Assembly: GCA_002269645.1 (NCBI GenBank)
Contig: NIVC01003532.1
Span: 1-64,000, forward strand
DNA: 64,000 nucleotides
Direction: 5' to 3'
Origin: Macrostomum lignano
Lineage: Eukaryota
A program made the position numbers and the translations under genes. This document shows, in pieces, positions 47,046-60,175 of this stretch (position 1 is the first letter of the stretch; each line of letters starts with the position of its first letter). The notes beneath the pieces were generated by a model, which searched no databases, was not told where the DNA came from, and saw only the letters and a program-made list of their open reading frames with translations.

Positions 47046-47821
47046 TAAGCTGGAAATAAGCTCTGCTAATTTCACTGCAGTACGCTGATACTTGTGGACG
47101 TCTCACTAAATTGTAAATAAAGCCAGTTTTTTGTCACCAATCTTTGGTAAAGCGCGAGCATCGAGAACGCTCACTTGGATTAAATTGTTCCTTCGACTTT
47201 CTAGAGCCCTCATTGGTCTCTGGCTTCGTTCTTTCTTCGGTTTTGATGAATTGTTCGAATCTCCCAGCCGTGTCTCAGAGAGCTTACAGTAGAGATCGCG
47301 CTTTAAGTAAAGTCCTTCCGTGCCTTTAGCACAAATAATCGTAAAGAAACTCCACGTGTTTTTGATTGTTCCAGAGATATTTCTAAAGTAGCTAAGAAGC
47401 GAGAGAGCACGCCGAGGGCCGACGCTTGTGTCTATTTTATAGATGCCATGAGACGGAGACGCTATCGGCAGCCGCTGGAGGGGGTGGATTCTCTCTTGGT
47501 TAGCAACGGCCTCAGCTGGCACTGCAGGTAAACAGACGCAAGCAATTATAGATTTTTACATTGAACTAGCAGGTTGCTGCAGGCGAGATAAATTATTTGA
47601 TATTATAGTTACTTATAGCGAGGTTGAGTCGTCAGAGCGATTAGGGGAGCTCAATCAGGAGACGTCTCTTTTTCTTTTGCGCATATCAGACCCCCACTGA
47701 TCCATGCAGCCTTCGGTTTTCAGCGCGATCAGGTGAGCCGTATGCTTCTCGTTCTTCAGTCGGCCAAATTCCACACTGGCGTCAGCACTGATCTCGCCTG
47801 TCAACCGTTAATTGCTTGTCT

Positions 47822-48337
47822 GTTGTTGTTGTTGTTGTTATTTCCGGCCGGTCAGTCCGGGGGGGGGGGGGGGCGGGTCTGAGCCCCGACCTCCTTCAAG
47901 AAGTCTATCACCTGCCTGCTGATGTTGCTGAGCGTCTGGAGGCTCGGGTTTTCGCCGAGGTGCCGGTCTCTGGCCTGTTGGTGAGAGCGGCAAACCTTGA
48001 TCAGGTGCTCCAGGTCCTCATTGGCTTCGCCGCAGTGCGGGTACGTAGGGCTGTCGGCTTGGCCAATGCGGTGACGCTACTGCTGGAGCAAGGGGGAGTG
48101 ACCAGTTCGGAGTTGGGCGTCATGTCTGGGGAGAGATCTCTTGATTTTGGCGCCGTCCCCGGTGGTTAGGCGGTGAGTGATGCAGTGCGGGTCCGCTCGG
48201 TAGACGGCGGTGAATTGGGACTTGGCTGATCGGTCGATCGCCGCTTTGGCCGCGGCCAGGCTGATTTTTGCGTGAGTCTGGTCAAGAGCCGATCCAGCTT
48301 TGGCGGTGGCGTCCGCCAGGTCGTTGAGGCCGACTGA
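47822..48337 (-). mobile_element. 5'-truncated I-clade non-LTR retrotransposon (RNase H end + zinc-finger C-terminus, (CAA)n tail)
   Basis: Minus frame NDLADATAKAG...QLRTGHSPLLQQ*RHRIGQADSP...CGEANEDLEHLIKVC...VIDFLKEVG; 14-bp TSD ttaattgcttgtct at 47808-47821 and 48372-48385. Confidence 0.85.
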
Positions 48338-48376
48338 GCCCGGTTAGCTCAGTCGGTAGAGCATGAGACTCTTAAT
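48338..48376 (+). pseudogene. tRNA-Lys(CTT) 5' half (positions 1-39) captured inside the LINE insertion
   Basis: gcccggttagctcagtcggtagagcatgagactcttaat matches eukaryotic tRNA-Lys-CTT from the 5' end through the anticodon loop (CTT at 48371); T-arm and 3' acceptor strand absent. Confidence 0.85.
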
Positions 48377-50532
48377 TGCTTGTCTCGCCCGCCATGTCGG
48401 AGGTATCTCGTCATCTTGATTTGCCTGACAATGCAACGGCGCGACTGCTGGCTCTGCTGCCTGACTGCAGAAAAGCTCTGCCTTGGCTGACATTGATGTC
48501 AACTCGCTTGGCCTGCAGTGCAGGTATCTGGAATGAAGGGTGATTTTTTAATTCTTATGTACGAGTATCACACAATCGTGTCCCCCTACGGACTCTAGCC
48601 ATAGTCGTTCCATTTACGAGCCTTATCTTTTCACTCCCTTTACACGTAAATTGTTCCTGCATCTAGCCTAGGTTATCCAGCTTTGGTGTGTGGTTATTTT
48701 ACAGGTACTTTGTTTAATTTATGTGGCGTTTCTTGTGGATTTCTCAGCCCTTTCAGACTTTTGTGACCCTCGAATTATAGCATTCCAATCTCAGAGGTCA
48801 ATTGTCAAAGAATAGTCCTGCGGACTATACTCATATTCGCGTCAACTCAGTCACGGAAGTATCGCAGCGGTGAGATGGTATGGTATAGCGACAGTATTAA
48901 GCATTTAACCCTCTAGCAAGCTTTACTAATTAAGTGGTTTTTAGAATGATTGGATATTGAAGGCAAAAGAAGGCAATATGCGTATATAGCGATGAATTAC
49001 TATAGAAACGATGAAAAAGGAAAATACACAATTGTTGAGCGAGATGCTCTTTAGCTACGAGTATATGGTCAATAAAAAGTTATAATTTCTGCGTGCAGGC
49101 GTACAACACAGAGACCAATAAATAATTAACAAGTGCAGGGCGGTCGACAAGTTGCAATCAATGGCCACTATAGAAGTCCTTTGTAGTCTATAGAAGTTCT
49201 AGTGGTCCTTGGTTGCAATTTACGTTACATGTACAAATATGTTAAGCTAACTGATCGGTACTGTCTTGTTATCGCAAGACCTTTAGACAAAGACGGTAAC
49301 GGAGAAGTAACAAAGACAGCTTAAATGAACACGCTTAGTTCGCCCAGAGGCTGCATGAGTATCTATACAAATTTCGTTAAATTTTTCACCTTGGCTAACC
49401 TAAATCCTGTCTGCCCAGCATTCTAAAGACGGTATCAACTCACACAACTCAGCCAGGAACACAGCTACCCTCCCCCTGAGCTTGACGAACTCAGCAGCGG
49501 AGCAGCCGAAGCTCCTCGTTGCACCCCAGTTTGTTCAAATCTCCCTAGACTCTCGGAAATTCCGGCACCGATTTAAACTCACATCAACATGGAACTCATT
49601 TGACATCATGGCAATATATACAACTAGTATAGTACGCCTGGTAGCATTTGATGTTGAGGTAGGTAGGCAAAGACAGGTACGTCGTGCTTGATCACCACTA
49701 GCTAGCTAACAGCACTCGACTCACCCTTCGGCACCCAGCCAGAGCCAAGACCAAAATAAGCCCCCGTCTTAAAAAAGTAATTCATCTAACTTTGGTAATT
49801 GGTAATCTAAATGTTGGCCTACTACGGGTGCGGGGTGCCTACCTGTCTTTGCGGGGGGGGGGGGACTTTGCCTACCTACCTCAACTCAACCTCAATCGCA
49901 TCGCTCAATGCTACCAGTGGAACCAGCTGTACTGTACTAGTTGTATTCATAGCATAGCTAAATTATTTATTACTACGTTAGGCCTAATTCAAACTTTAGT
50001 TATTTTTAACATCTTTCGATCCAATGCTTGTGTTCAGTATTTGTAGTGTTGTGTGTGGAATGAAATGTCATTATCGCCTTATCGGGTTTTTTTATCCAAT
50101 TTCAATTATGTTTAGGCCTAGCCATAATTTTTAGGGCCTAGGGCCTAGTCTAAGTTTTAAATTAAAAATAAAATAGACCATACATAAATTAATGAATTAA
50201 GTTATTGTAGCCCAGCTCACAGCGAAATAAGTCCTAGTCCATGACATTTAATAGGCTAGCTTTTCCAAAAAGCTGCTTAGGATATATTCTAAAAATAGGC
50301 TATAGTTTTTGTCTGTCTTTCAATCTAAAAATAGATAGAGTTTAGCATAGGTTAAAAATAGGTCTATGAACTATGGTGTAGCCTAAACCTAATTGAATGA
50401 TTATTATATTGTCATTGTACTTTTACTTGTATTGGAAGGGTCTTACTTAAGCAGGCTAGGCCTGTAACAATGACAGGCTATGTTAAGGCCTAGGTAAAGC
50501 CTATAGGCCCTAGGCCTAGAGCAAGATAGGAG

Positions 50533-50965
50533 CAGGGGGTCAGCAAACTTAGGCCCATAGGCTAGGGCCTACATGTAGCCTGCAAATTCTTTCTAGGGCC
50601 CATTCAGCCCTTGGGTCTTTAAAACTTTACAATAGCAATCTGGTAGATTTTGGTCTAGTTAAGGTTTGTATCTTATTTAGTTATTATTTTCTCTTGTCTT
50701 TTTTATCTTTTCTCTTGTCTTTTTTCTTTCCTTTCCTCTCTTCTTTTCTTTCCTTTTATTTCAATTTCTTTCTCCTTTTTCCTTTCCTTTCTCCTTACCT
50801 TTCCTTCTTCTCTTCTTTTTCTTTCTTTTTTCCTTTTCTTTCTTTACTTCTTTTTTATTCCATTTCTATTTTTCTTCTTTATTCCCTTTTTTCTTCCCCT
50901 CTAGCTTGTAGTCATGTGCTAGGTTCTTTATTTGACCCTTTAGGTAAAAAGTTTGCCAACCCCTA
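50533..50965. mobile_element. hAT-type MITE, CpG-eroded
   Basis: Left end cagggggtcagcaaacttaggcccataggc and right end aaagtttgccaaccccta resemble the common hAT terminus CAGGGGTCGGCAAACT..GGCCCGCGGGC; TSD not recognisable. Confidence 0.5.
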
Positions 50966-51319
50966 CCTTAGTGGCTTAGAAGCTATAATTTACTATTTGA
51001 AATTTCCAAAAATTAGAAATTAGGCCTAGGATTAGCCTTAGCTACTAGGGATAAAGATTTTGCTAACTCTAAAGTCTAATTCTAGCTAGATATCAAAAGA
51101 ATCAAAAATTTAAATTTTAGGACTGAACCCAGTATAATTAGTACAAGGATAAATTTAAAGGAGGCTACGTTTTAACACTTGCCATGGACTTTTCATTTGG
51201 TTCATTATTAGGCATTTTATCCAATCTAAGCTTAAAAAGCAAATTTTTACTTGAGACAAAGTGCAAAATTGCACCTTGTGCCCAATTTTAAAGTGCAATT
51301 TTAAGACTCAAAGTCAATG

Positions 51320-51645
51320 ACATAGCCAGGAATTTCAATTGGGGGGTTGGCTTGGCTGGCCATGCCTTATGCCATTGCCACTTTTGGTGCTGCAGGCTCT
51401 CATTTTGGTGCCACAAGCACTCATTTTGGTGCTGCAAGCACTCATTTTGGCACTGCAGGCACTCATTTTAGCACCACAAGCACTCATTATAGCACCACAG
51501 GCACTCATTTTGGTGCCGCAGACACTCATTTTGGCGCTGTAGGCACTCATTTTGGTGCTATAGGCACTCATTTTGGCACTGTAAGCACTCATTTTGGTGC
51601 CACAAGCATTCATTTTGGCATTGCATTGCCCCCCTGGCTATGCCA
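51320..51645. repeat. 21-bp tandem repeat (ggcactcattttggtgctgca) inside short inverted ends catagccagg/cctggctatg
   Basis: About 11 copies; flanking inverted motif suggests a small non-autonomous element. Confidence 0.75.
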
Positions 51646-54409
51646 TTGCTCAAAGTACTTTTTTTCTTTTCTCTTAAAAATTTTCCCTTTTTCTTATTTT
51701 AAGATTGCAAATGAGCTTAAAAGGATAAAAAAAGGTTATAAGACTATATATAGACTACATTTTCTTTTCAATTTTAGAGTGCAATTCAAAAATTTAGGGT
51801 GCATATGCATATTGCACACAAAAACATAGGAGAGGGGCAAGGAGGTGGTTGCCTCCCCTAGCCCCCTCTATAGCTAGCAATGATAATGCATGCCCCTTTT
51901 CTTTTAGGCTAAAAGGGTCATTATAGCCCTTAGTTAACTTAGTACAGTGCCCCTAGGCCTGCCCTTACTTATTTTTATAGTTAATATCTACCTACTTATT
52001 TTATATTTATATATCTACTTTTAATAATTGGGTTAGGCCCTATTAATTTTTCTTAAGATCACATAGTTTTTTGATTATAGAATTAGGCCTAAGATAGGCC
52101 CAAGGGTCACAATTTCTAGGATCTAAAAATGCTAAAATCCTGGACCTAGGATTCAATTTTTTAAGATCTTTAAAATCTTTAAAATCTTGTCCTTGGGATA
52201 TCCAAGATTTATTCCTAGATTTTAGAAAATTTTAAACAAATAAAGATCTTAGGATTGTTAAATACCAAGATTTTGGCATCTAGATCTTTAGTTAATATCA
52301 TAGTATACATCCTTCAAAATACATTTTAAGACCAAAAAACTTTCTGTCTTGATGCCTTGATTCCCTAAAACTAAAACTCAGAATCCTTGATGCCTTTAAA
52401 TAATCTTAATTTCTATCTCAAGGTCAAATTTTGTGTTTTAGTCATTTTTATCTAGATCCACATTGTAGTATTAGCCAACAAACAAATGGGCAATATGTCT
52501 TGGCTCTAGCATATTAGTCAAAACTTTGCTATTCAATATACTACCTTGCCCTTGCCTTGCCCCAATCTACCTTGACCTTTTTGCAAATTTTTTCAATGCT
52601 ACTTTAGGATTTAAATTGGGATCCTCTCTAACCTCTAATTTACTAGACTATATAGTTTTGTTTTAAGAAATGCTATTTAGTTTTTAACAACATTGTTTTA
52701 ATTAGTCTAGTTGCAACTCTGTTTTTGTTTTTTCTCTTTTTTTTCTTTGTTTCCTTGGTATCTTTTTTATTTTTTGTTTATAGGGAAATCAATTAATATT
52801 GTGACTTATCTAGGCTAATAGTATCCTCATCTAGCTAGATTGGGCAGGTTGCCTAGGTATTATATATATAATCATTTTAAGAACTAAATACTATAAAAAG
52901 CCTATATCTAATCATCTAACTTTCTAAAGTTATAGTCATTGCCTATTATTTAATATTTAAGCTTAAAATTATATCAATATTCTTGAAGCCTTCTATTAAT
53001 AAGTAAAATCAGTCAAATAGTAAAAGCTCAACATAATAAATGTTCAACATTATTGTTAAAATTAAAATTTATAGTAAAACTTGACTTATAAAGAGGACTT
53101 TCTCCTAGAATTTTTCATTATATTAAAATAGAAAGAACAATAGAAGCACATAAAATTTGAGAATATAAGCTAACTTTTATATTGCACCTTCTAAAAAAAT
53201 AATCAATTTGCCAGCCTTTTCTGCCATTTAAATATATAACAATTCTGAGGTTAGATTTTTCTTATAAATATTAGTGTTTTAAATATAGCCCCCTTTAACT
53301 TTCATCAGCAGCCTAACAACATTTGTCTGTATTAGCTCTGACTTTGTTGGTCTTTCATTGGCCTTCACCCAAGTAGAGCTTCTAGATATTTAGTTAGAGG
53401 TGAATGATAGTGTTTATAGACACCCTGTTACAAATATATACGTAGCAACATTGAAAGGTCGCCACCCTTCACCTAGCCAACCATTTTGTTATTAAAAATG
53501 CTTTTAAAAACAATGAAAACCGGGCAGAAGCTTCAATCCATCTAGTCTTCGCCCTCTGCTCTTCCCAATCCCTCCTCACCCAGCTCAACTCTGTGTCATG
53601 TGGTGCAAGTTGCGTCACTCAAAAGTCAATAATGAGCTGGAATTTACTGCACACTCTCAATTGGTGGCGACTTTTTAATGTTGGTGAGTATATATGCTTC
53701 TATCTCTCATCAAGCGTTAACAGTGGGCAAACCTTGATTGCCAAACCTTAGCAATCAAGCATTAAAAATGGTTTTGTAAGTTGGATAACTCTCAATATTC
53801 ATTCCAGTGGGTGAAAAAATGGCTTAGTATTCCTATTGCTACTGTTAAGCAGATCTAAACCTCTAGTTAAAATTGCAGCAATCCACCTATACTAAATCTC
53901 TAAGATTTGTATGCTTGCTTGCTTGCTTGTCTATCCATCCACCCCACCCCACCTATACTAAATCTCTAAGATCTGTTTGTTTTTCTGTTTGTAACGCTCT
54001 AGAAATTGCAGTTCTTGACCAATTTTGATCGCATTTTCGCCAAAAGATTCAAAATTGTTTGGAAAGAAGACAGTTAAAATTTCTTTAATCTGTTTCAATG
54101 CTAAAGGTATTCGAAAAACGAGTTTTCCTAATGCTTTAATGGGACTCCAAACCAGGTTGAATTCTTGACTGGCTGAGTTCCAATTTCAAAAATGATTGCG
54201 CCACAACTTTTCTCTATTCACTGTGTAGGCCCCAATACTGGCTGCAGTGTGCAGGGGAGAGGAAAATGCTCAGGGGCTGCGTGTACATTCTGACCCTGGC
54301 TGACTGGCGGACTGCATAGACAATTGCTATTTATAGATTTCACTCAACTGTGCATTGGCTCTGCCGAAGTGCCGTAGCATATATGGCTGATTTTGTCTCC
54401 CCCGATCAA

Positions 54410-54500
54410 TAGGCGGAGTAGCCGCGCTGTAGGCACTAGGACTAGGTTTAGGCTAGGCGTAAGGTCCCAGGTTCGAGTCCCGGCCCCGGCTGACAATTTA
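54410..54500 (+). mobile_element. tRNA-derived SINE head
   Basis: A-box-like tagccgcgctgtagg and B-box ggttcgagtcc; related degenerate heads near 55795-55870 and 58240-58300. Confidence 0.45.
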
Positions 54501-54577
54501 AATTGAGTAAATTCATTTATTGGTAGCTTGTGCATCGACTTATTGCAAAGTTTTTTCATGAATAGGAATTAAAACTA

Positions 54578-55186
54578 CACTCAGCAACAGTCAAAACCGC
54601 CACCCTACCGAGAGAGGCAACTTCTCTCTCACCTCAACTGCAAGTGACGTAACTTGCGCCACGGCGTGGCTAAAGCTGGGTGAGAGTGAATTCCAGGGTG
54701 AGAGTAAAAAAGGGACTGGGGTTGGGGTTGGGGGTGCAACAGTACACGTGACAATGGTCAGGCATATGACAGACGCTGAACGATGGCGCGCTGTTGGCAT
54801 GCTAGAAGCTGGTGCATCCATCAGCGCAGTTCGACAATTCAACGTTCAACAATTCGAGCGCTATTAACGAAGTCCCAAGATACTGGTAGTGTTCAACACG
54901 CAGCCATAGGCAGCCAGCGCCATGATCTCCGCGGCTCAACAGCCAGGGAAAATCGACGTCTGCTGCGGATTGTCAGGCGAACTCCGACCGCGCCAGCCAC
55001 CCTGCTCCGTCTAATGTGGGGTGAAAGAAGCAGATGGGGCATCCCATGTATCCCCTGATTGCCCTCTCCTGCATTCACTCTCACCCAGCTTTAGCCACGC
55101 CGTGGCACAAGTTACGTCACTTGCAGTTGAGGTGAAAGAGAAGTTGCCTCTCTCGATAGGGTGGCGGTTTTGACTGTTGTTGAGTG
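54578..55186 (+). mobile_element. Internally deleted Tc1 element with ~130-bp TIRs and TA target duplication
   Basis: TA|cactcagcaacagtcaaaaccgcc...ggcggttttgactgttgttgagtg|TA; internal remnant MVRHMTDAERWRAVGMLEAGAS and TGSV...ARENRRLLRIVRRTP (Tc1 HTH region). Confidence 0.85.
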
Positions 55187-56469
55187 TATTTTTACTAATT
55201 AGCAATTAATTATTTTTGCTACTCGGCACAAGCCAGTAAGCAAATTTGATTTCTAAAAACTGCTTCGAGTATTACTGATCCCATCAATGGGTATTGCCTA
55301 GCTCAATGGAAGTATGAAATTGCTAAACTGCAGACGATGATAAGAGACTGCTGAAGGTATTGCTAAATGCTGAGTTGTGCAAAAGACTGCCGATATGCAT
55401 CGAAAATGGATAAGTGAGCCACACAATGCTGGGCAAATTTCTAGATTGTTAAAAGGATCATTCATGCAGACCTTCCAGACTTATGAGTGTATAGCTGCAA
55501 ACTGCTGAGGGGATAACTATCTACAGAGTTTTGAGTGGATTAAGTGCAACTTTGCTGAGGGGACAGTTCTAGGCCGCTAAGGGTAAAGTGTTAAATGTTC
55601 ATGAAAGTTTTAGACTGCAAAGTGGATAAATGCAGACTGCTAAGAGATGACTGCAGTCTGTTTTGCGGCATAAGATGAAGGGATAATTTCAGGTTGTTCT
55701 GGGGATAACTGCCGATTTCTGGGGGGTTAACTTCAAACTGCTGAAGTTACTAAACTTCTTGAATAGTAGAAGGTTTATTTCGACCATCTGTCAATAGGCG
55801 TAATAGCCGCAGTAGGCAGGCAGTAACAGGCATAGACTGAAGGTCGGCAGTTCGAGCCTGAATTGAAGTAGCGAATTTATTTCTGACCTGTGACAATATT
55901 TACTGTCTACTATACAGATTCCTGCAGATTTTTAACATTTAATATTAAATGTACTTTTGCTGGATCTGCGTTAATCTTCTAGAACAGTGCTACTCTGATG
56001 TAAATGCTAATTTACAGGAGGTATTACTAATCTGGGTGAGCAGCGCTAATCGGGGAGAGCAGTGCTAATCTGATGTACTGATGTGTTCCTTATTACCAGT
56101 CCTCAACTGTAATCAAGGAACACTCACTTCTAGCTCGGTAGCTAGGCAACCCAGTAAGTCAACAGAAGGTATTTAATTACCTTGAATCCTTATGAGATAT
56201 CTCTTCAATGTGGATCTCGTGTAGATCTCGTCTGTAGTTGTGTGAATCTCAGTTGATCTGATAGATCAGGCGCCTTGGTTCTTCAGTTGCTCTGGTCCTG
56301 GTTCCTCTTGTACTTCCGATGAAGTTGTTCCGGCCGGTATCTGTCGTTCGGACCAATAGGAAGCTTCCAAATTAACAATGGGTACCCTGCGCCAAACTGC
56401 GGTATCGTCTAAGCCTTCTCTTTCTAGCAGTGGCTCTATGCACTCTAGGAATAGCTCCGGAAAGCTGCT

Positions 56470-57340
56470 GTCAAAGCTCATGGGGATAATTACTGGAATG
56501 CTGTGGCTGTTGGGGGAATTGCCGAGATTGTTAAAGTAAGGTAAGGGTTAAACCATAAATGAATTGGCCTGTCAAACAGAAAATACTCATTGGGGAATGT
56601 CAAGGCTCATGGGGGTATCTGAAATATACTGTGGCTCAAGGCTCAGGAGGAATTGCTGTGATTGCAAAACATGGGGATATTGCCGAAATTCTGTGCCTCA
56701 AATAGGAGTTGCTGAGATATCAAGACTCATTGGGGAATTGCTGTGCTGTCAAAGCTCATGGGGTATCCGTGTAATGCTGTACGCTGTGGCTCTTGGGGTA
56801 TTGCTGAGATGCTAGGGTTCACATGGGAACGGCTAGGATGTCAAAGGCTCATATGGGAATTAATAAAATTCACGAAATGTCAAGGTTCATTGGGAAATTA
56901 TTGAAATGCAGTGACTCGACAGGGTTAGGGTTAGGGTCAGTTTTGATTCAAACATAGAATAACCGCTCTGTCAACCATAAAAGACTTGCTAAGATAGAAT
57001 TGCTAAGATATCAAGGCTCATGGGGGGAATCGCTGAGTTACCAAGGCTCATGAAGAAATTGCAGAGATATCAAGGCTCATAAGGGGATTGCTGAATTGTA
57101 GGGGAGAGGTGAGTTGGGTTGCTGGGATGTCAAGGCTTACTGGGCTGGGAGAATTGCGTAGATGTCAAGGCTCAAGTATAATTGCTGCGATGTCGAGGCT
57201 TACTGAGGAAATTTCTGAGATGTCAAGGCTTACTGGGGATTCGGGGAAATTGCTGAGATGTCAAGGCTTACTGGGGGAATAGCTGAGATGTCAAGGCTTA
57301 CTGGGGGAATTACTGAGATGTCAAGGCTCATGGGGGGTGG
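56470..57340. repeat. Degenerate ~30-bp repeat (tgctgagatgtcaaggctcatgggggaat)
   Basis: Recurrent tgtcaaggct(c/t)a core with variable spacing. Confidence 0.7.
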
Positions 57341-58367
57341 CTGAATTGTTGGGGGGAGGGAGTAGGTTTCTGGGCGATTGTCAGATAGTCAAGTAGTACG
57401 GCTCAAGTAGCTCATTTAGTTCAGATAATGAAAATGTACACGTAAGTGATCCTAATTTCTGCTAATAGGAAATACCAGCGTATTTATTAAAGGTTTGATT
57501 CTCTGAGTTAGGCTAATAAAGAGGGGTCTAAGGCCGTCAGGGATTGGCATATTAAGCTTCTGCAGACCATAATATAACTAGGCCAATAACGATACGCACT
57601 AAGAGTTTTGCTTGAAAGGATAAGCACTATTTGCTAATTTAAAAAGGGAAAGACAAGCGCTAAACTGATAAAAAGCCACCCGGAGGGGGCTAAATGGCTA
57701 GTCCATCCATTAAACTAAATTCCATTAAACTAAAAATGGTCTGTCGGTAGGTATGTGTAATCGATTCTAGAAAAAATGGCTCATCTTTTTCGAACTTGCA
57801 CTGTTCGATCAGAAATTTTTCCGTGACGGTACAAGTGTCTTGGCTAAGAAATTGCTCAATGCTAAAGGGATTAAATATTCAAAAAACATGCTTTTTTGCA
57901 AAGGTCAAGCAGCTCTTTCGACTTGAAATGCATTGTAAGAATGCTAGAGAAAAAACTGACTGGTTGAATTCTGATTCTGAAATAGATTGCATCACAATAG
58001 GCTTTTTATTTATTCAGTCTGTGTACTGGCTGAATTTTGACACTCAATTGAATTGCGTCACAGCGTGGAAGCATAGCACAATACTTGATTTATATTGCGT
58101 AACCATATTGGTAACTTTATTAGAGACTGACTTGCCTAAGAAATTGATTGTCATAACTGCTTCGTGTGACTTTTACTCTAGCTGACTTGGTGTGAGTGTT
58201 GAATTATAAGTGCTACAAATTCACTTATAAATTCGATGAGAGCTAGCCTAGAGGTGAACAGACTGGACTGCTAATGCAGCGACCTGGGATCGAATCTTAG
58301 TACTGTAAAAAAAAGTAATGTAATTTTTTTATTGAAAGCTTTTATTAAAATATTAATTAAAAGGTCC

Positions 58368-60175
58368 TGGATTACTGCACTTGATAAACCAAGGACTACT
58401 GCACTTGATAAACCAAGGACTACTGCACTTGATAAACCAAGGACTACTGCACTTGATAAACCAAGGATTACTGCACTTGATAAACCAAGGACTACTGCAC
58501 TTGATAAACCAAGGACTACTGCACTTGATAAACCAAGGATTACTGCACTTGATAGGCTAAGGATTACTGCGCTTGATAAACCAAGGACTACTGCACTTGA
58601 TAAACCAAGGACTACTGCACTTGATAAACCAAGGACTACTGCACTTGATAAACCAAGGATTACTGCACTTGATAGGCTAAGGATTAATGCACTTTATAAA
58701 CCAAGGACTACTGCACTTGATAAACCAAGGACTACTGCACTTGATAAATCAAGGACTACTGCACTTGATAAACCAAGGATTACTGCACTTGATAAACCAA
58801 GGATTACTGCACTTGATAAACCAAGGACTACTGCACTTGATAAACCAAGGACTACTGCACTTGATAAACCAAGGATTACTGCACTTGATAGGCTAAGGAT
58901 TACTGCGCTTGATAAACCAAGGACTACTGCACTTGATAAACCAAGGATTACTGCACTTGATAGGCTAAGGATTACTGCGCTTGATAAACCAAGGACTACT
59001 GCACTTGATAAACCAAGGATTACTGCACTTGATAAGCTAAGGATTACTGCACTTGATAAACCAAGGACTACTGCACTTGATAAACCAAGGACTACTGCAC
59101 TTGATAAACCAAGGACTACTGCACTTGATAAACCAAGGATTACTGCACTTGATAAACCAAGGACTACTGCACTTGATAAACCAAGGACTACTGCACTTGA
59201 TAAACCAAGGATTACTGCACTTGATAGGCTAAGGATTACTGCGCTTGATAAACCAAGGACTACTGCACTTGATAAACCAAGGACTACTGCACTTGATAAA
59301 CCAAGGACTACTGCACTTGATAAACCAAGGATTACTGCACTTGATAGGCTAAGGATTAATGCACTTTATAAACCAAGGACTACTGCACTTGATAAACCAA
59401 GGACTACTGCACTTGATAAATCAAGGACTACTGCACTTGATAAACCAAGGATTACTGCACTTGATAAACCAAGGATTACTGCACTTGATAAACCAAGGAC
59501 TACTGCACTTGATAAACCAAGGACTACTGCACTTGATAAACCAAGGATTACTGCACTTGATAGGCTAAGGATTACTGCGCTTGATAAACCAAGGACTACT
59601 GCACTTGATAAACCAAGGATTACTGCACTTGATAGGCTAAGGATTACTGCGCTTGATAAACCAAGGACTACTGCACTTGATAAACCAAGGATTACTGCAC
59701 TTGATAAGCTAAGGATTACTGCACTTGATAAACCAAGGACTACTGCACTTGATAAACCAAGGACTACTGCACTTGATAAACCAAGGACTACTGCACTTGA
59801 TAAACCAAGGATTACTGCACTTGATAGGCTAAGGATTAATGCACTTGATAAACCAAGGATTACTGCACTTGATAAACCAAGGACTACTGCACTTGATAAA
59901 CCAAGGACTACTGCACTTGATAAATCAAGGACTACTGCACTTGATAAACCAAGGATTACTGCACTTGATAAACCAAGGATTACTGCACTTGATAAACCAA
60001 GGACTACTGCACTTGATAAACCAAGGACTACTGCACTTGATAAACCAAGGATTACTGCACTTGATAGGCTAAGGATTACTGCGCTTGATAAACCAAGGAC
60101 TACTGCACTTGATAAACCAAGGATTACTGCACTTGATAAGCTAAGGATTACTGCACTTGATAGAGCAAGGATCAT
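58368..60175. repeat. 24-bp minisatellite (ccaaggactactgcacttgataaa), ~75 copies, with a 672-bp higher-order period
   Basis: Rare variant ggattaatgcactttata recurs at ~58681 and ~59353. Confidence 0.95.

Noticed and set aside
47106-47522. 138-aa minus-strand ORF
   Set aside because: No ATG-supported start, no motif and no coding-like composition.
48338-48376. Functional tRNA-Lys gene
   Set aside because: Only the 5' half is present; no T-arm/B-box or 3' acceptor strand.
56266-56481. 71-aa acidic minus-strand ORF (MSFDSSFPELFLECIEPLL...)
   Set aside because: Short, no recognisable family, no supporting splice or promoter signals.
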